Positions 1-11,796 of a stretch of DNA of 64,000 bases are shown here, one piece after another. The stretch is taken from the NCBI GenBank assembly GCA_030324005.1, contig JARDVH010000084.1, positions 92,135,057-92,199,056 of the forward strand. Reading direction: 5' to 3'. How positions within the stretch are numbered: position 1 is the stretch's first letter; the number at the start of each line of letters is the position of its first letter. The notes beneath the pieces were generated by a model that saw nothing but the letters and a program-made list of their open reading frames with translations, made no database searches and was not told where the DNA came from. Position numbers and translations under genes: made by a program. Source of the stretch: Negaprion brevirostris. Its lineage: Eukaryota.

Positions 1-150
1 CATGGGTAAGATGGGAATACATGGATATGGGTCAAATGCGAGGAATTAGGATTAGCTTAGACGTTTAAAAAAAGGGCGGCAAGTTGAGCCAGAAGGCCTA
101 TTTCTATTCAGTAACCCTCTATGACTCTAAGACCCTATGGTTCTATATGT
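1..150 (+). mobile_element. CR1/HER1-type LINE 3' end
   Basis: ggatatgggtcaaatgc...gaaggcctatttc...ctctatgactcta tail; resembles the LINE tail at 55960-56105. Confidence 0.8.
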
Positions 151-309
151 ACTTCCCCCAAAGAATCTATTATTTCCAATAAAGGTTCCACCAATTAAAT
201 AGTACATACCTATCTTCGTACCGTTTCGCATTCTCTAATAAGTGGCCGTTGAAGTAGAGAAGGTTGTAAAAAAGACATATGGAATGTTTTCCTTCAATGG
301 AAAAGGTGT

Positions 310-880
310 ACAACATAATATTAAAGTACAACTTTGGAACTGAATAAAGCACGGTTGAGTCCATAACTGTAGTGTGGCATCAGTTCTGATCAGCATGTTA
401 TTGGAGGGGCGTAACCACGCTGCAGAGAGCGCAGAGGCAGTTTACAAGAATATTAACAGGGCTGGAAAAGCGTTGCCATTAAGGAAATTGGATAGGTTAC
501 TGTTATTTTCCTAGCAACAAAGAATAACGAGGATTTGATAGAGGTGTACAAACTTCTGAGATGAAGAGATCGAGTGCAGAGAGCTTTATCCCTTTTGCTG
601 AATAACAATTGGACTAGCGGGCATAGATTGAAGATACATGGCAGTAGTTGTACAGAGAAATTGAGGATTTTTTTTTCTACGCAAAAGGGCGATGGGTGTG
701 TGCATTTCTCTGACGAGTTGGTGGTAGCAACAGAGTACCTTTTTTTTTGATAAAGTACCTGGGTATGCAACATAAGCGTTGTTAGAGACAGATGCAGGAT
801 TGTGGGATTGGAAGGCACCTGGTTGTGATAGCATGCACAAGAAGGTCCTAACCGTCTCCGTTCGTGTTGTAACTTTCTAC
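310..880 (+). mobile_element. Degenerate CR1-type LINE, RT C-terminal part and 3' end
   Basis: Remnant of the LVRPHLEYCVQFWSP region, gaggtgtacaaacttctgag, ggactagcgggcatagattgaag; same order as the younger copy at 62135-63580. Confidence 0.75.
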
Positions 881-1603
881 CAGTCAATGGATTGACTTGT
901 ATATCCAAATAACCAACTTACACACACACACCTAAGAAACCCACCCAAATATATTCCTGCCCCCACAAAGAACAATCTTACAACCTCACCAACCAACTAA
1001 AATTGTCAGCCAGTAACGATACCCAACTTTCCGCTTTACTATTTCAATGACATACTTTCCTGTGTCACCTAACAAGCGTACACAGCAAAGGCTGACAGAT
1101 CTCAATAGCATGCCCAACGCTTACACATGGACGTAAATAAAGCAGCAGACCCTTTGTCCTGAGGTGCCATCTCATNNNNNNNNNNNNNNNNNNNNNNNNN
1201 NNNNNNNNNNCACTCATCTATTTCACGTACAAGCTCATATCCCAACTACCATCACACTGTGTCACAGCATCGTGCACATTCACTCGGACCATCCACCAAC
1301 ACGCCTAATTATTCACCTGCCATCCCAAATCTCGACTCCCCTACCTACTCATCTATTGACCTCCACATTTAAATTGCCAACCAAAAACGCCCACCTAAGT
1401 CAAATACGGACTTAATTGTCTACCCAGTTCAATAAACTACGTGCCAGAACAATTCACAGGCTCAGCTATCATTCCCATTCGTCCATGTTATTGAAAGTTC
1501 CGTCCTGTCGCTCATTGACTCGTCAATCAATACACCACAAAAATACATTCAACACATTAAACGTATTAGAAGAGAGGAGCTGCCGCCTGAAGTATTGCCT
1601 CAC

Positions 1604-1857
1604 CCGCATCTCTTCGCGTCGTTAGGTAAAGACTGGTGGCATGCGCTGCTCGGTTACATTTCGGACATAATCTGAAAACACTGAAGGAAACATCAACAAC
1701 ATCGAGACGGCAAAATCTTCATAGGCAGCGATAATTCGTGCAACATTTCCAGTGTTCAGGAGTTGTTGGCTATTGTCTCTGGCGCAGCAGACGCATTGCT
1801 TCCATACAAATGCTATTTCTGCGAGTTCGGTGTGCCCTGTTCTGGTAGAATGACCCA
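1604..1857 (-). pseudogene. P1 last recognisable exon (F), RNF213 arm-like
   Basis: catag|TGG...CGG|gtgag. LAEIAFVWKQ...LLNTGNVARIIAAYEDF aligns with P3 IANEWEQ...GLISGQVRQICISHKDFL and P2 LSEMAYAWKQ; resembles RNF213 TILVGQLELIIKHKNQFL (recalled). Confidence 0.7.
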
Positions 1858-2005
1858 CTATGAATATAGTGAAACGAAAGCGGACATTTTAGTGTAGAAA
1901 AGCGATTAAAGGGTACAAGTTACGAAACGTGTTGACAGGTGCAAGTCGCCACATTGGAAAAAAAAATTGAGACGGAGAAACAATAGTGCAGTTCGTTCCG
2001 CCCAC

Positions 2006-2041
2006 CTGACTTTTTCATTGTCTTTTGCGTTTCTTCCAGTT
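2006..2041 (-). pseudogene. P1 36-nt phase-1 microexon (ELEETQKTMKKS)
   Basis: ctccag|AACTGG...TCAG|gtggg; same length and phase as 24685-24720 and 45324-45359. Confidence 0.85.
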
Positions 2042-3017
2042 CTGGAGATGAAACAAAATGTTCTGGTAAATGACCGGCCACTGGATGCAAATTGTTTCTC
2101 TTTTTCAATGTCGTTTTACAAATTAGGCATTTTTTTTTTGTCTATCAGGGAAGTTAGACATGTTTGGGTTCGGGGCATGTAAAACTTTGAAATATTAACG
2201 CCAAATGAGATAAAATTTATCACATCGCTTTAAACCACTTCAAATATATCGGACAAGGGGAAATCTTTTGGCTTCTTCGGGAAAACCCTGCCATCGTACT
2301 ATGTTACATCAATTCGTAAGGGGAGAAACGAAAACGTCGCATAGAATACGCATCAAGTCCGACGCTCAAGACAGCGCCGTGTGAAATTCTGAACCATTAC
2401 CGAAATACATTCATTAAACAAATAATTAAGTAAATAATTAAGTTAATCGAAATATATATATTGGGAACATAGTTTATAAAAAGTAAAATTCATTTTATAT
2501 TACAGGTATGTTGACATAGCGCTGAACAGGTATTTGAGGTGTCACGCTGAATGTTGTGGGGAGAAGATTGCTCTCAGCCTATAATTTAAACCATATTTGA
2601 AATTAAAATAAAAAACTATTGCATAAACACAATAATAATGATGTTAAATTAATCTCTCGGCCGCAACGAAAAAAATCTTCATTCCTGAGAGGGAACTATC
2701 AGTCCGATAAGAAGAGAAAACACAATAATAGTCTTTTGGAACAATGAGGTGTTTGATTTTTATTTTCTTCAGAAATTGCATATTTACTGACCATGTTACA
2801 ATCTGCAAAAAAAAAAATGCATCACTGATGCTGCCCAGCTATCCGTGTAATACTTTCAACACTATACCAAACAGTGTTTTTGGCAAAGTGTCAGATATGT
2901 CGCTCAGTTTTTTTTAAACAAATGCATTGAGTAGCCGAACTATTGATTTTCCGCCAAAAGATCTGTATTCTAATCTAACCCAACATTTGATGCTGCTTTC
3001 TACTATGGCAAACAGAC

Positions 3018-3206
3018 CTTTATGCTTTGGCGATTGTGCCTCTATTCCTCATCAGAAATCATATCTCCGATCCCCATTCTAGCCTTTCAGTCTATCATAT
3101 ATTTGCTGTTGAAGGTATGGCTCATGATTCTTTTGTTGTTGTTATCTTTGGGGAGTCATAACTCGAAGATCCGGTTTAGGATTTTCTTGTCTTTTCCATC
3201 ACCCTC
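3018..3206 (-). pseudogene. P1 exon D, RNF213 arm-like
   Basis: tttttag|GAG...AAG|gtctgt, 189 nt. KILNRIFEL*LPKDNNNKRIMSH resembles RNF213 IVLSAVITKSWPR...ILKHLL (recalled); positional paralog of 25360-25558 and 46300-46507. Confidence 0.6.
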
Positions 3207-3299
3207 CTAAAAAAAAATCTTCCGTCTAGTGTTTATGACATCATGTAATGCCACACAATTAATTTTTATTCCATTGGCGACCTTCATGTACTGTTATCA

Positions 3300-4335
3300 G
3301 GTAGCCATGTGGATACACAAGGAAGGTCATTACCCTGTCGTCCGTTTACCATGTACACGACCATTCGGAGCTTGGTGTTCATCCTTGCAATGAACGAAGC
3401 CCAAACAACGCACACAGCGTTGTCAATGCTGATGGCATCACAAACTCTCCATGATCTGTGTGTTTTGATTCAAGACAATTCCACCGAATAGTTCAGAGTA
3501 AATATGGAAGATTCTGGCGGATCTTCTTGAAGATACATCTCTATTACAGATCCGCACAGGATTGATTGGTACACATTTTTCGATTTGCAACTTACTTCGA
3601 TTCCACATTCTCTTACTCCTCTTTCGATTTTCAACTGGAGATGTCGACATCTGCACCACGTTTGCAGACTGAGGCCCGATCTATGCGAGTTATCAACAGC
3701 TTCACTATTATACTGCCAATTAATAATTGATAGAATGGATCAACTCAGCAATGAGTGACTGGCACAGATTAATTTTGGTCTTCAGATGAGGAAGTTTTAT
3801 TCGTTGACGTATGGAAATAGGCACCCAGAATAGATGAAGATTTGTGACGGCAGCTTATACCAATAAGTGTCCTTCGCAATGACAATGTTAATTGAACCCA
3901 TTGGTAATCACAAAGGTTGATGGTTTTCCTCGTCATATCGAACGTCATGCATTGTGTTTTCCTGTTGTGGTAACTTTGTATTGACAGCTTTATGTCCATA
4001 TATTTATTCCTAGATTTGTGTGTTCCCTCCGGGTGTTCCAATTTCTTCCCACAGTTCAAAGATGGGCGGGTTAGGTGGTTTTGCCGTTCTAAATCCTCCC
4101 TTAATATGAATGGGGCGAGTACGGTTTGAGTTTTCGGGATACTGCCTGGTTCGGATTACGGTCGGTGCAGACTGAATGGGCCAAATGGCCTCATTCTGCT
4201 CTGTCAGATTCGATGATTCTATCAGGCAGACAGCCTGTACTCTGAATGTCGAACGCTCTAATTAGCTTAAGGAGGTAATCGGAAAGATCTACAGTATTCA
4301 CATCATCCTTCTTGAAGTGAGAACACTTCAGCCAG
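3300..4335 (-). pseudogene. P1 exon C, RNF213 helical arm-like, split by a SINE
   Basis: INLCDYQWV; AKDTYW...CLFPYVNE*NFLI*RPKL (cf. P4 KLFSYLNSNKMLLYRSKV); CVVWASF (cf. P4 CIIWNEF). Confidence 0.7.
4010..4222 (+). mobile_element. HE1-type SINE (3' part) inserted in P1 exon C
   Basis: ccgggtgttccaatttcttcccacagttcaaagatg...ggttaggtgg...tcggtgcagact...gggccaaatggcctc...gattctat. Confidence 0.85.
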
Positions 4336-4459
4336 ATTTCTTACAGTTTATGAAAGAACAATAATCACTTTGATTTATGATGGATGTATTTAGTTAAGAT
4401 TTTAGTCTGACAAGTGGACAAGACACGCGACTTGTTCTTTTTAAGAAGGAGAGACATAC

Positions 4460-4954
4460 ATTTGCATAGTATTTACAGAGGGCTGCATTTCTTGTCAGTT
4501 GCAATCTATGTTCGCTTATGTAGTGCAACCCAGCTTCTTATATGTAGCACCGTGAGATAAGTTCTTGCAGATCCAACAACAATTCTGCTATCCAATGTTT
4601 GCTTATTCCTGTCGATATTCCATCAGAAACTGGACCTCTGATCTTTGCATGCTGGGCAAATACTTTGCTATCTCCTACAATGTGGTTTCGTTAACTTTCT
4701 TTATCATGATTGGCAACCCTTTCAGTAAAATTCTTGAATGTGCTCTGTTCCAACAGCTGGAAATATGCGATAACACATGGCAAAATTTGGAAAGACTTCC
4801 TCTAATTTGAATTAATACCACTTCAATTTTCATTGCGAAAGAATTGAAATGGCGACACAAACGTCCTTCAAAAATCATATTTCAGATGATGAATACATAT
4901 TCTCGTATATTGTGAGATATCTATTTACAAATCTGAACTTGGAGCACATGTTTC
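4460..4954 (-). pseudogene. P1 exon B, RNF213 CBM20-like end and start of helical arm
   Basis: ttcag|GAAAC...AAAT|gtatgt. FVNRYLTIYENMYSSSEI*FLKDV resembles RNF213 [25 protein letters not shown] (recalled); W and TL*E spaced identically to P2 exon B. Confidence 0.75.
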
Positions 4955-5002
4955 CTGAATGAAAAATGAAGAAACCGAGTTCAACTCATGTTTAACAGCT
5001 AC

Positions 5003-5769
5003 CTATCGCAAACGTCTTTACTAATGACAATGATGTCTCTAATGGCCAGGACACAGCTGCTGTGGAGAAACGTTGCATTTCCTGGTTGATGATGACATTT
5101 TTCTTATTCTGCATTTGTGCCAGCTTAATAAAGGGTTACATTCACAATAATTCAAGACTTTTGAATACTGTTTCAACGAGAGAAATGCGTACCATTATGG
5201 CTTGACATAGTAAAAGGTCCAACAATATTTGCAAGAGAGCGGGCCAATGCTGTTTCAGGTAAGACTGCAATAAATCACACCAGCAATCTAAGTAGGATTG
5301 CTTAATACTGAGATGTCAATGCTAACAGATAATAACATAGATTCGAAACAGTGAAGCAGAGGCATGCTCTTCCATGCCCTGGAGTGTGTCATAAATGGCG
5401 TTAGACAAACACAAATCAGTCCTAAAGAGGAACACAATTAAACACATTCGCACAATTGCAGACATAAACAAGTCGGTGCACCTGGCCAGGCTTAACAACC
5501 TCCAAAAGAAGTGTTCTGCGGATAATCAATCTGTTCCATGTCATATGGTCCGCCACACCAGACAGACACGCCACATCAAATTCCCGTTTCTCCCCTTAAT
5601 GATATGGGTAGAATATTGTCTGTGTTCCTGTCAACATTGCAAACATTGTGCTTCAGAATTAGACAGCGAGCAAGGGAATTTGGCTCTGATCAAACAAAAA
5701 TTGAACGCACGTAAGGACTTAAGCATATTGACACACTGTGGGATACCATGTGCACAGTAAAGGAAAATT
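5003..5769 (-). pseudogene. P1 exon A, CBM20-like plus helical module
   Basis: Starts EFSFTVHMV (P2: DVSFSVHMI). LFRIYVIIC...LDCWCDLLQSYLKQ aligns with P2 LFKLCVLLC...FLQSPLKQ. Donor gtagct; acceptor decayed to GG. Confidence 0.75.
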
Positions 5770-7021
5770 CCAAAATATTTTTGAGTAGCAAAATGATGGA
5801 ACGTTTAGTGGTGTTGGTATCAAGTGGAAATTAGTAAACATTAAATTGCTCATACATTATCACGTTGTGTTCAACTTGGTTCTTTATGCCATTACAATCT
5901 TCTCAAAAACTGGGAAGAAATAACTCATTTCGAGAGAAACTGCACAGTCAATCTGCATCACTAAACCAGAGGTAGGTCAACGTCAATGGGAATCAGAGGG
6001 AAAATCTGCACTTCCGCATAGCCCATTCTACCAGGCGGAAGATTGCTGACTTCTGTGAAGGCAAAACGTGGCATTCTTGGATCCACACTCACGACTTTTA
6101 AAGGACAACCCTCTCAATTCAATTATCATCAGTTGCTCCTCAATTAATGTCCTAACTTACCCTATACCCGATATTTTGATCAGAGGTAAAGTTTCTTTTT
6201 TATATAATTCATGTGTTCTCTGATTTAAACTTTCCGTATACATATGTAACAAGAAAACCAAGAAACAATTATTTCCAACAATGGAGGGATCAGTGATGTT
6301 CACATCCCAGTGTTCGAATTGCTTACTGCTCTGTTTCTTCTCACCTCCATTGTCGTCTGCCGCTATATAACTGGTTACACATTTCGCTGCAATGTGTCAA
6401 GCACGGTAAACGTGCGGCGGAGAACAGACGTCTCGTACAGTACGGCATGTTTACATCATACTTAATGTGTGCAGCATAAATCATTCGCTTTCTTTAATGA
6501 GTTAAGCCAATATAATATTTTTGAAGATCGTCGCCGTATATTTTAGCAATATATCCTGCACGCTCAGATGTTCATCCACAGCTTTATACATTTGTTTGCT
6601 CAACACTGCGATGCACTGTTACAGTGGCATCATGTTCAGTAAGTTAACAAATAAGCTACAGTTTCAGCGGCGTAAATGCCTGTGCCCTATATTCCCTCGA
6701 TAGTGAGCCCGTTTGCATGATAGCAGCAGACAGAATCATGGAAGTTAGTTAGTTACGACGTTAGCTGATTTAAAGTTTAGGTTGCCCTTTTAATTGCATT
6801 AGCTAGGGTCTTTTTGCATCATGAGATTCAGGTTACTATTATATGAACGTTGTATACGCGGTGTTGAAATGCAATTCTGAATGGGGGAAACAATAAGTTA
6901 ATAATCGAAGGAAAACAGAACACGGGTAGAATCATTTTGAGTGGGTAGGACGGAATAAACGAAAAAAGTTTCCAGAAATAAATTTTGCTTACAATGAATG
7001 GTGTATAGTTTTTTTTTGAAA

Positions 7022-7460
7022 TGTCGCAGCCTGTAAATGACGGATAACGTCATCAAGTGATCGATGTCGTCAAAAGTGATGTGGTCAGGTGAGGATGTCG
7101 TCAAAAGATGATATGGCCAAGAAATTATGTGGTCAGGAGATAATTCGTTTAGTTAAATGTGTACTTCGTATTTATTTTTGACAAATGAAATTTCGCCTGA
7201 TGTACTTTTGCGTGTGAATAAGATATGCATGACCAGGACTTTATAAATACTAAGCGTATTGTTACATTGTCAGACCGCTATCCAGGCGGAATTAGAGTAG
7301 CTGTCTCACTCCATATATTGGTATAATCTCTGAATAAACCGTCACTGTTCGAGAACTCTGCCTCTGTGTACAGTGTCTTGTTCTGGAAGGGGTCTCTGAT
7401 CTGTAGTTGAGAAAGCAAATGCCCCACGCGAAAGCCAAGTCGGAGATTAGGACTTACACA
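7022..7460 (+). mobile_element. Candidate solo LTR
   Basis: Begins TGTCGC and ends ACA; short internal repeats (gatgtcgtcaaaag twice, atgtggtcagg twice), TATAAATA near 7242, AATAAA near 7333; no clean TSD. Confidence 0.5.
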
Positions 7461-7520
7461 TAATAAACCAAGACGAACGGACTTTGCAACAAGAGGAGTT
7501 ATTCTTAAACAACAACTTAC

Positions 7521-7550
7521 CTTTGACTCTCATTTTGAGTCTATGAATTT
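7521..7550 (-). pseudogene. P1 30-nt phase-1 microexon (EIHRLKMRVK)
   Basis: ttttacag|AAATTC...AAAG|gtaagt; paralog at 29844-29873. Confidence 0.85.
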
Positions 7551-9126
7551 CTGTAAAACAAATACTGCTTTTGTTAGCTCTGTACTTTCAATTTAAACAT
7601 AATATCAGATGTAGTACTGTTAATTTGTTTTTTTTCTTCTTAATCATGCAATTTGTATCCATGCATCTCTACAAATAACGTAGTTATATCAGACAGCTTC
7701 GGAGGAATTTTGGTAAGAAAGTCGGTCTGGTCTTCAATGTCAGCGTTGTTGATTGGTCAATTTCGCGAACGCACTGGAAATTCACAAACCAAATTTTAAA
7801 TACAAGTAATAGAATTGTTGCCCTTAAGAAAACAACGTTACATTTTTCCGGAATCAATTGATTTCTCATCCTGGAATATGAAAGCAAATAATATGCTTTA
7901 AAAATTCAGCATCCCGAACCAAAATATAAACTCGATATCTACACACACAGTTTGATCCGTTTTTCATTTCCAACTGTATTGTTTTTATGTTCTGACATAA
8001 ATGATTGTTGCACAACAAAATTGTGCTGCTGCAAGTTCGAACAAAAATGAGGCATCGAGTCGTGGCTCTTTTATATGTATCTGTAAGTTTACAACAGTTA
8101 AAGCCTCGTACTGAAAGGATTTAAAAATGTGTCTTTCCAGAGACAGAATTTTATTGATCCGAATAGTGGGTATATGCCCAAATACATGTTTAAACTATCT
8201 GGAACTTTAATGAGGATGAATACAATCATGCAGATAATTGTGAGTGCTTCAAATATCGGGGACGATCAGTCCTTGAATATACTCAAAGCTGAAATCACTT
8301 TCATTTTCCAGGAAGTCACAATATATTACAATTTGACGAGAAAATTGAGTTCTTTGCGGAGCAAATCTGCAGTCACAATGTTTAGCAAATAAGTCGTCAC
8401 GGAAAATATGGTTCACTTCAGGCTTTCCTTCGTATTCTCAGGTGATTAATGCAAAAACATTCCCGTTTCTTAATAAACGTTTGAGCAACTCAGCTTTCTT
8501 TCATAAGTGGTCCCGAGAATTCAGATTAAAATATTACTTCTGAAAATTCTGCATTAGTTGAACTTTTTCAAGGACAGCATTTGAACTCGTGCTTGCATGT
8601 GTAGCATTGATGTGTATGATTGCTATGATTCACATTTGCTAGTTATGTTAGAATGCTTAAAAAAACCAACAGTAAACAATTCAATTACAATAGCTGAAGG
8701 ATGAAAATGTCCAATATGCCTAACTAATTCTCAAAACAACCAGCCTATCATTTTAGAAACATCCATTTGGAATTGACAGCAACGTGTCCAACTATGTACC
8801 AATATCACTGAGCTCTTCTAAATGTTGACAATGCCACTTCATTTGTGAAAAAAAACATAATTTAAATGTTGAACGCCTCTATCATATACTCTAATGCAAT
8901 ATACATTTGAGCTAATAAAATATTTATGTTTGACTGAATTCCCTATTTCCACTGAAATTTTCGACTGGATTTGGCAGGGAATGTAATGCCTTTTTTGTCA
9001 AATGGGAAACCTGAGTGTTTCAATCGTAAAAAAAATCTTTCAGTTAGTTCCGATTTGTTCTGCATTCTTTAGGAGTAATGACACTTTTAAAAGGTGATAA
9101 AATTATTGAATCGCTCTTCCTTTTAC

Positions 9127-9153
9127 CTTCATCTTTTTCCGCCACTTCTTTTT
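9127..9153 (-). pseudogene. P1 27-nt phase-1 microexon (EKEVAEKDE)
   Basis: ttttctttcag|AAAAAG...GAAG|gtaaaa; paralog at 31514-31540 (EEAAFRKDE). Confidence 0.85.
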
Positions 9154-9582
9154 CTGAAAGAAAAGTATGCTTATGTCATGCAAGATTTAATGCAAATAGC
9201 AACATGGAGTTCATTGCCGTTTTCTGATTGTACTTGTTTGACAGTAATTGTTGTATTAACGTCTGGAACAATCGTCCGCGTCTTAATTATACTTATATCA
9301 CAATATTTTCTGAATTAAATAGATGTTACTTTAGAAAAGTGTATCAGGGCAAAACAACCGGGTAGCCATTGGATTAGAGCCAAGTGATTAGTGATGTCAC
9401 TGACGAAAAGCAACCTGCTCACTCTACCTGGTTATACACGTGTTTGAAATTAAGGACAACTTTATTCTTAAGTGACAAGCTGATGAGTTAACCACTGACA
9501 CCTGTCATTCTGCATTTTTAAAAGGTCGGCTGAGACAAGTTGGGCAAAAGGGCCTGTTTCCCTCCTGTAAACATCTAATACT

Positions 9583-9751
9583 CTAAAAAGACACAATTGT
9601 AAACAGCTCTATTACTNNNNNNNNNNNNNNNNNNNNNNNNNNNNNNNNNNNNNNNNNNNNNNNNNNNNNNNNNNNNNNNNNNNNNNNNNNNNNNNNNNNN
9701 NNNNNNNNNNNNNNNNATGATTTTTCGATGTGCATCGAGTTTTCATGCGAT
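9583..9751 (-). pseudogene. P1 transmembrane exon (spans an N gap)
   Basis: ctcag|ATCGCATGA start resembles the P4 TM start tacag|TCGTATGA; end VIELFTIVSF resembles P3 VLELI*NIF. Confidence 0.6.
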
Positions 9752-9924
9752 CTGAGCAGGAAAAGTCTAATTAACGGCAAAATATAATTCTGCTATCAAT
9801 GACAAATTGCGCAATAGCTGGGGACTCCACTGCATAGCCTAGAGAATAATTAGCTCCCCATAGTAAAACTACCATGTACCATTCACGTCGCTAACCCACT
9901 AGCCTCATTGAACGTTATTATCAG

Positions 9925-10990
9925 AAAAAGCAGGCTACTATGTAAATTTAAAGCGCACGGGATAGCGGACAATGCGTTCAAATGCATAGAACGATGGTTA
10001 GCAGATATTATGCAACGAGTTGGAAACAAGTGTGTTTTTTATCTATTGGCAGACGGTGTTTACTGGGGTACAACAGGATACAACGACCCCAACTGTCTGC
10101 TTTGTATATTAGTAATGTGNNNNNNNNNNCCAATTTTGCAGATGGCGCAACACTTGCTTGAAGGATAAGCTGAGAAGGAGGATGAACAGATGCTTCATTG
10201 TGACTTGGGCAGACTGGGTGAGCAGCATATGATTGGCAGATGCATCATAATACGGTTACATTTGAGGTTATCCACTTCGGTCACAATCAGAGGAAGGTGG
10301 ATTATTATTTGAATAGGGTGTAAGTTGAAAGAGACATGCTCGTGCATCGGGCACTGAAAGTAAGCATGCAGGTAGGGCAAGCAGTAAAAAGGCAATGTGC
10401 AAATATTTTGGCCCTCCTAACGAGTGGACATGAATATAGGAAAAGGGATAACTTACTGTAATTTCATGGGGCGTTGGTAAAGCCACGCTTGCAGTATTGT
10501 GTTCAGCTTCTGTGTACGTAGCTGAGTTTTTTTTTAATGTAACGTTCGTGCAACGAACAAAGCTAATTTTGGCGCTAGCATCATTGCCAGATGAGGATAA
10601 TCTATGCCTTGTTGGAAGATAACATTTAGACAAATGAGAGAGAATCTCATGGAAACTTGAACAATCCTGACGTGCTTGGACAGGAAAGATTCAGAAAGAT
10701 TGTTCACAATAGTAGGAGAGTCCACAAATGCGGGTCATGGGTTGAGGACAATGGACTAAACATTTTAGGATTGTGTTTAGGAAAAAGTGTATTCAGTTAG
10801 AGACAGTTGAATCGATGGACTTCACTTCCATGGACATAGTTCAGAATAAAATGTACGATTTCAAGAAAGAATTAGGGATATACCTTCGAGCTGAAAAAGA
10901 ACCAATGGATATGGAGAAAAGGCCAGATCAGAGGATTGCATTTACTGATCAGCCATGATCATACTAATCATGATCATTGGAGCAGGCTGC
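9925..10990 (+). mobile_element. Degenerate CR1-type LINE RT and 3' end
   Basis: KLKAHGI-like, FADD-like and 'gaggttatccacttcgg' motifs; tail gatcagccatgatc. Confidence 0.85.
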
Positions 10991-11104
10991 TTTATTTTAT
11001 GTCACTGAAATCTTATTAAGTTTAGTGGAATAACCTGGCGGCCACTTCATGTTCTGCCGCTCAGATGGACAGGTAGATATTGGAACATATTTGAGAAAAA
11101 CAGT

Positions 11105-11425
11105 AAACATTGAAGGAGTGCAGAGAAGGTTTACTAGGCTGACACCGGAGCTGAGGGGGTTGAGCTATGAGGAGAGGCTGAATAAACTAGGCTTGTACTC
11201 GTTAGAGTTTAGAAGAATGAGGGGAGATNNNNNNNNNNNNNNNNNNNNNNNNNNNNNNNNNNNNNNNNNNNNNNNNNNNNNNNNNNNNNNNNNNNNNNNN
11301 NNNNNNNNNNNNNNNNNNNNNNNNNNNNAGATCAGCCATGATCTTATTGAATGGCGGGGCAGGCTCGAAGGGCTAGATGGCCTACTCCTGCTCCTATTTC
11401 CTATGTTCTTATGTTCTTATTATGT
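11105..11425 (+). mobile_element. Young CR1/HER1-type LINE 3' fragment
   Basis: EGVQRRFTRLTPELRGLSYEERLNKLGLYSLEFRRMRGD in frame; tail atcagccatgatcttattgaatggcggggcaggctcgaagggctagatggcctactcctg...tatgttct repeats. Confidence 0.95.
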
Positions 11426-11571
11426 TCATTTCATGGACGCTGACTGCAGGAAAACATTCACACATGTTATAGATCGGCATGAAAATGCAAATGGTCAGGA
11501 CATCTGGGTGTATATTTGGAGAGAGACGACGTTAATATTTAGTTGGATAAGTTTGCTGGAACACTGCTTAC

Positions 11572-11638
11572 GCAAAATGTCACAGACCTGAAATTATGTG
11601 CGACTTCTTAAGGAAACCCCGCAGATAATGTTGGCCAT
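11572..11638 (-). pseudogene. P1 leader exon (decayed)
   Basis: ATG, 22 codons, phase-1 gtaag donor, 68-nt intron to the V exon; nucleotide similarity to the P2 leader near 34800-34850. Confidence 0.55.
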
Positions 11639-11788
11639 GATTTGGTACATAGTCTTCTTTCATAATCACCTGCTTTGAATCAGGTACTGTTCCAAATCGA
11701 AATTATCAGAATCCTCTCTATCATACTTTGCGGTGACCATCCAAGAACACGTGGTCTGGCGTGACTACACACCTATGAGCAGGGTTCT

Positions 11789-11796
11789 CCTTTATA
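11789..11796 (-). promoter_or_regulatory. TATA box upstream of P1 leader
   Basis: TATAAAGG on the minus strand about 150 nt upstream of the leader ATG. Confidence 0.4.

Larger units (their letters stand above)
9873..11503 (-). pseudogene. P1 IgV exon interrupted by two LINE insertions
   Basis: cccag|ATGTC... CECFPAVSVHEMN (butyrophilin-like C..P..S...M); middle piece LSGRT...IPLNL at ~11000-11100; ends MVH G|gtagtt. Confidence 0.6.
1604..11796 (-). pseudogene. P1: disabled leader-IgV-TM-microexon-RNF213-N-arm-like receptor gene
   Basis: Ordered exons, most with AG/GT boundaries: leader 11638-11572, V 11503-9873, TM 9751-~9583, 9153-9127, 7550-7521, 5769-5003, 4954-4460, ~4335-3300, 3206-3018, ~2388-2294, 2041-2006, 1857-1604. 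Homologous exons recur in P2-P5. Many stops, frameshifts and TE insertions. Confidence 0.8.

Noticed and set aside
2506-2529. Plus-strand 24-nt microexon candidate (tacag|GTATG...CAG|gtattt)
   Set aside because: No partner exons on the plus strand and no paralogous copy; likely chance.
3300-3980. Ig-like readings of this segment on either strand (GRSLPC...MEDSG; VSCKS)
   Set aside because: Key Cys/Trp residues are missing, and the minus-strand translation aligns better with P4 exon C and RNF213-like motifs.
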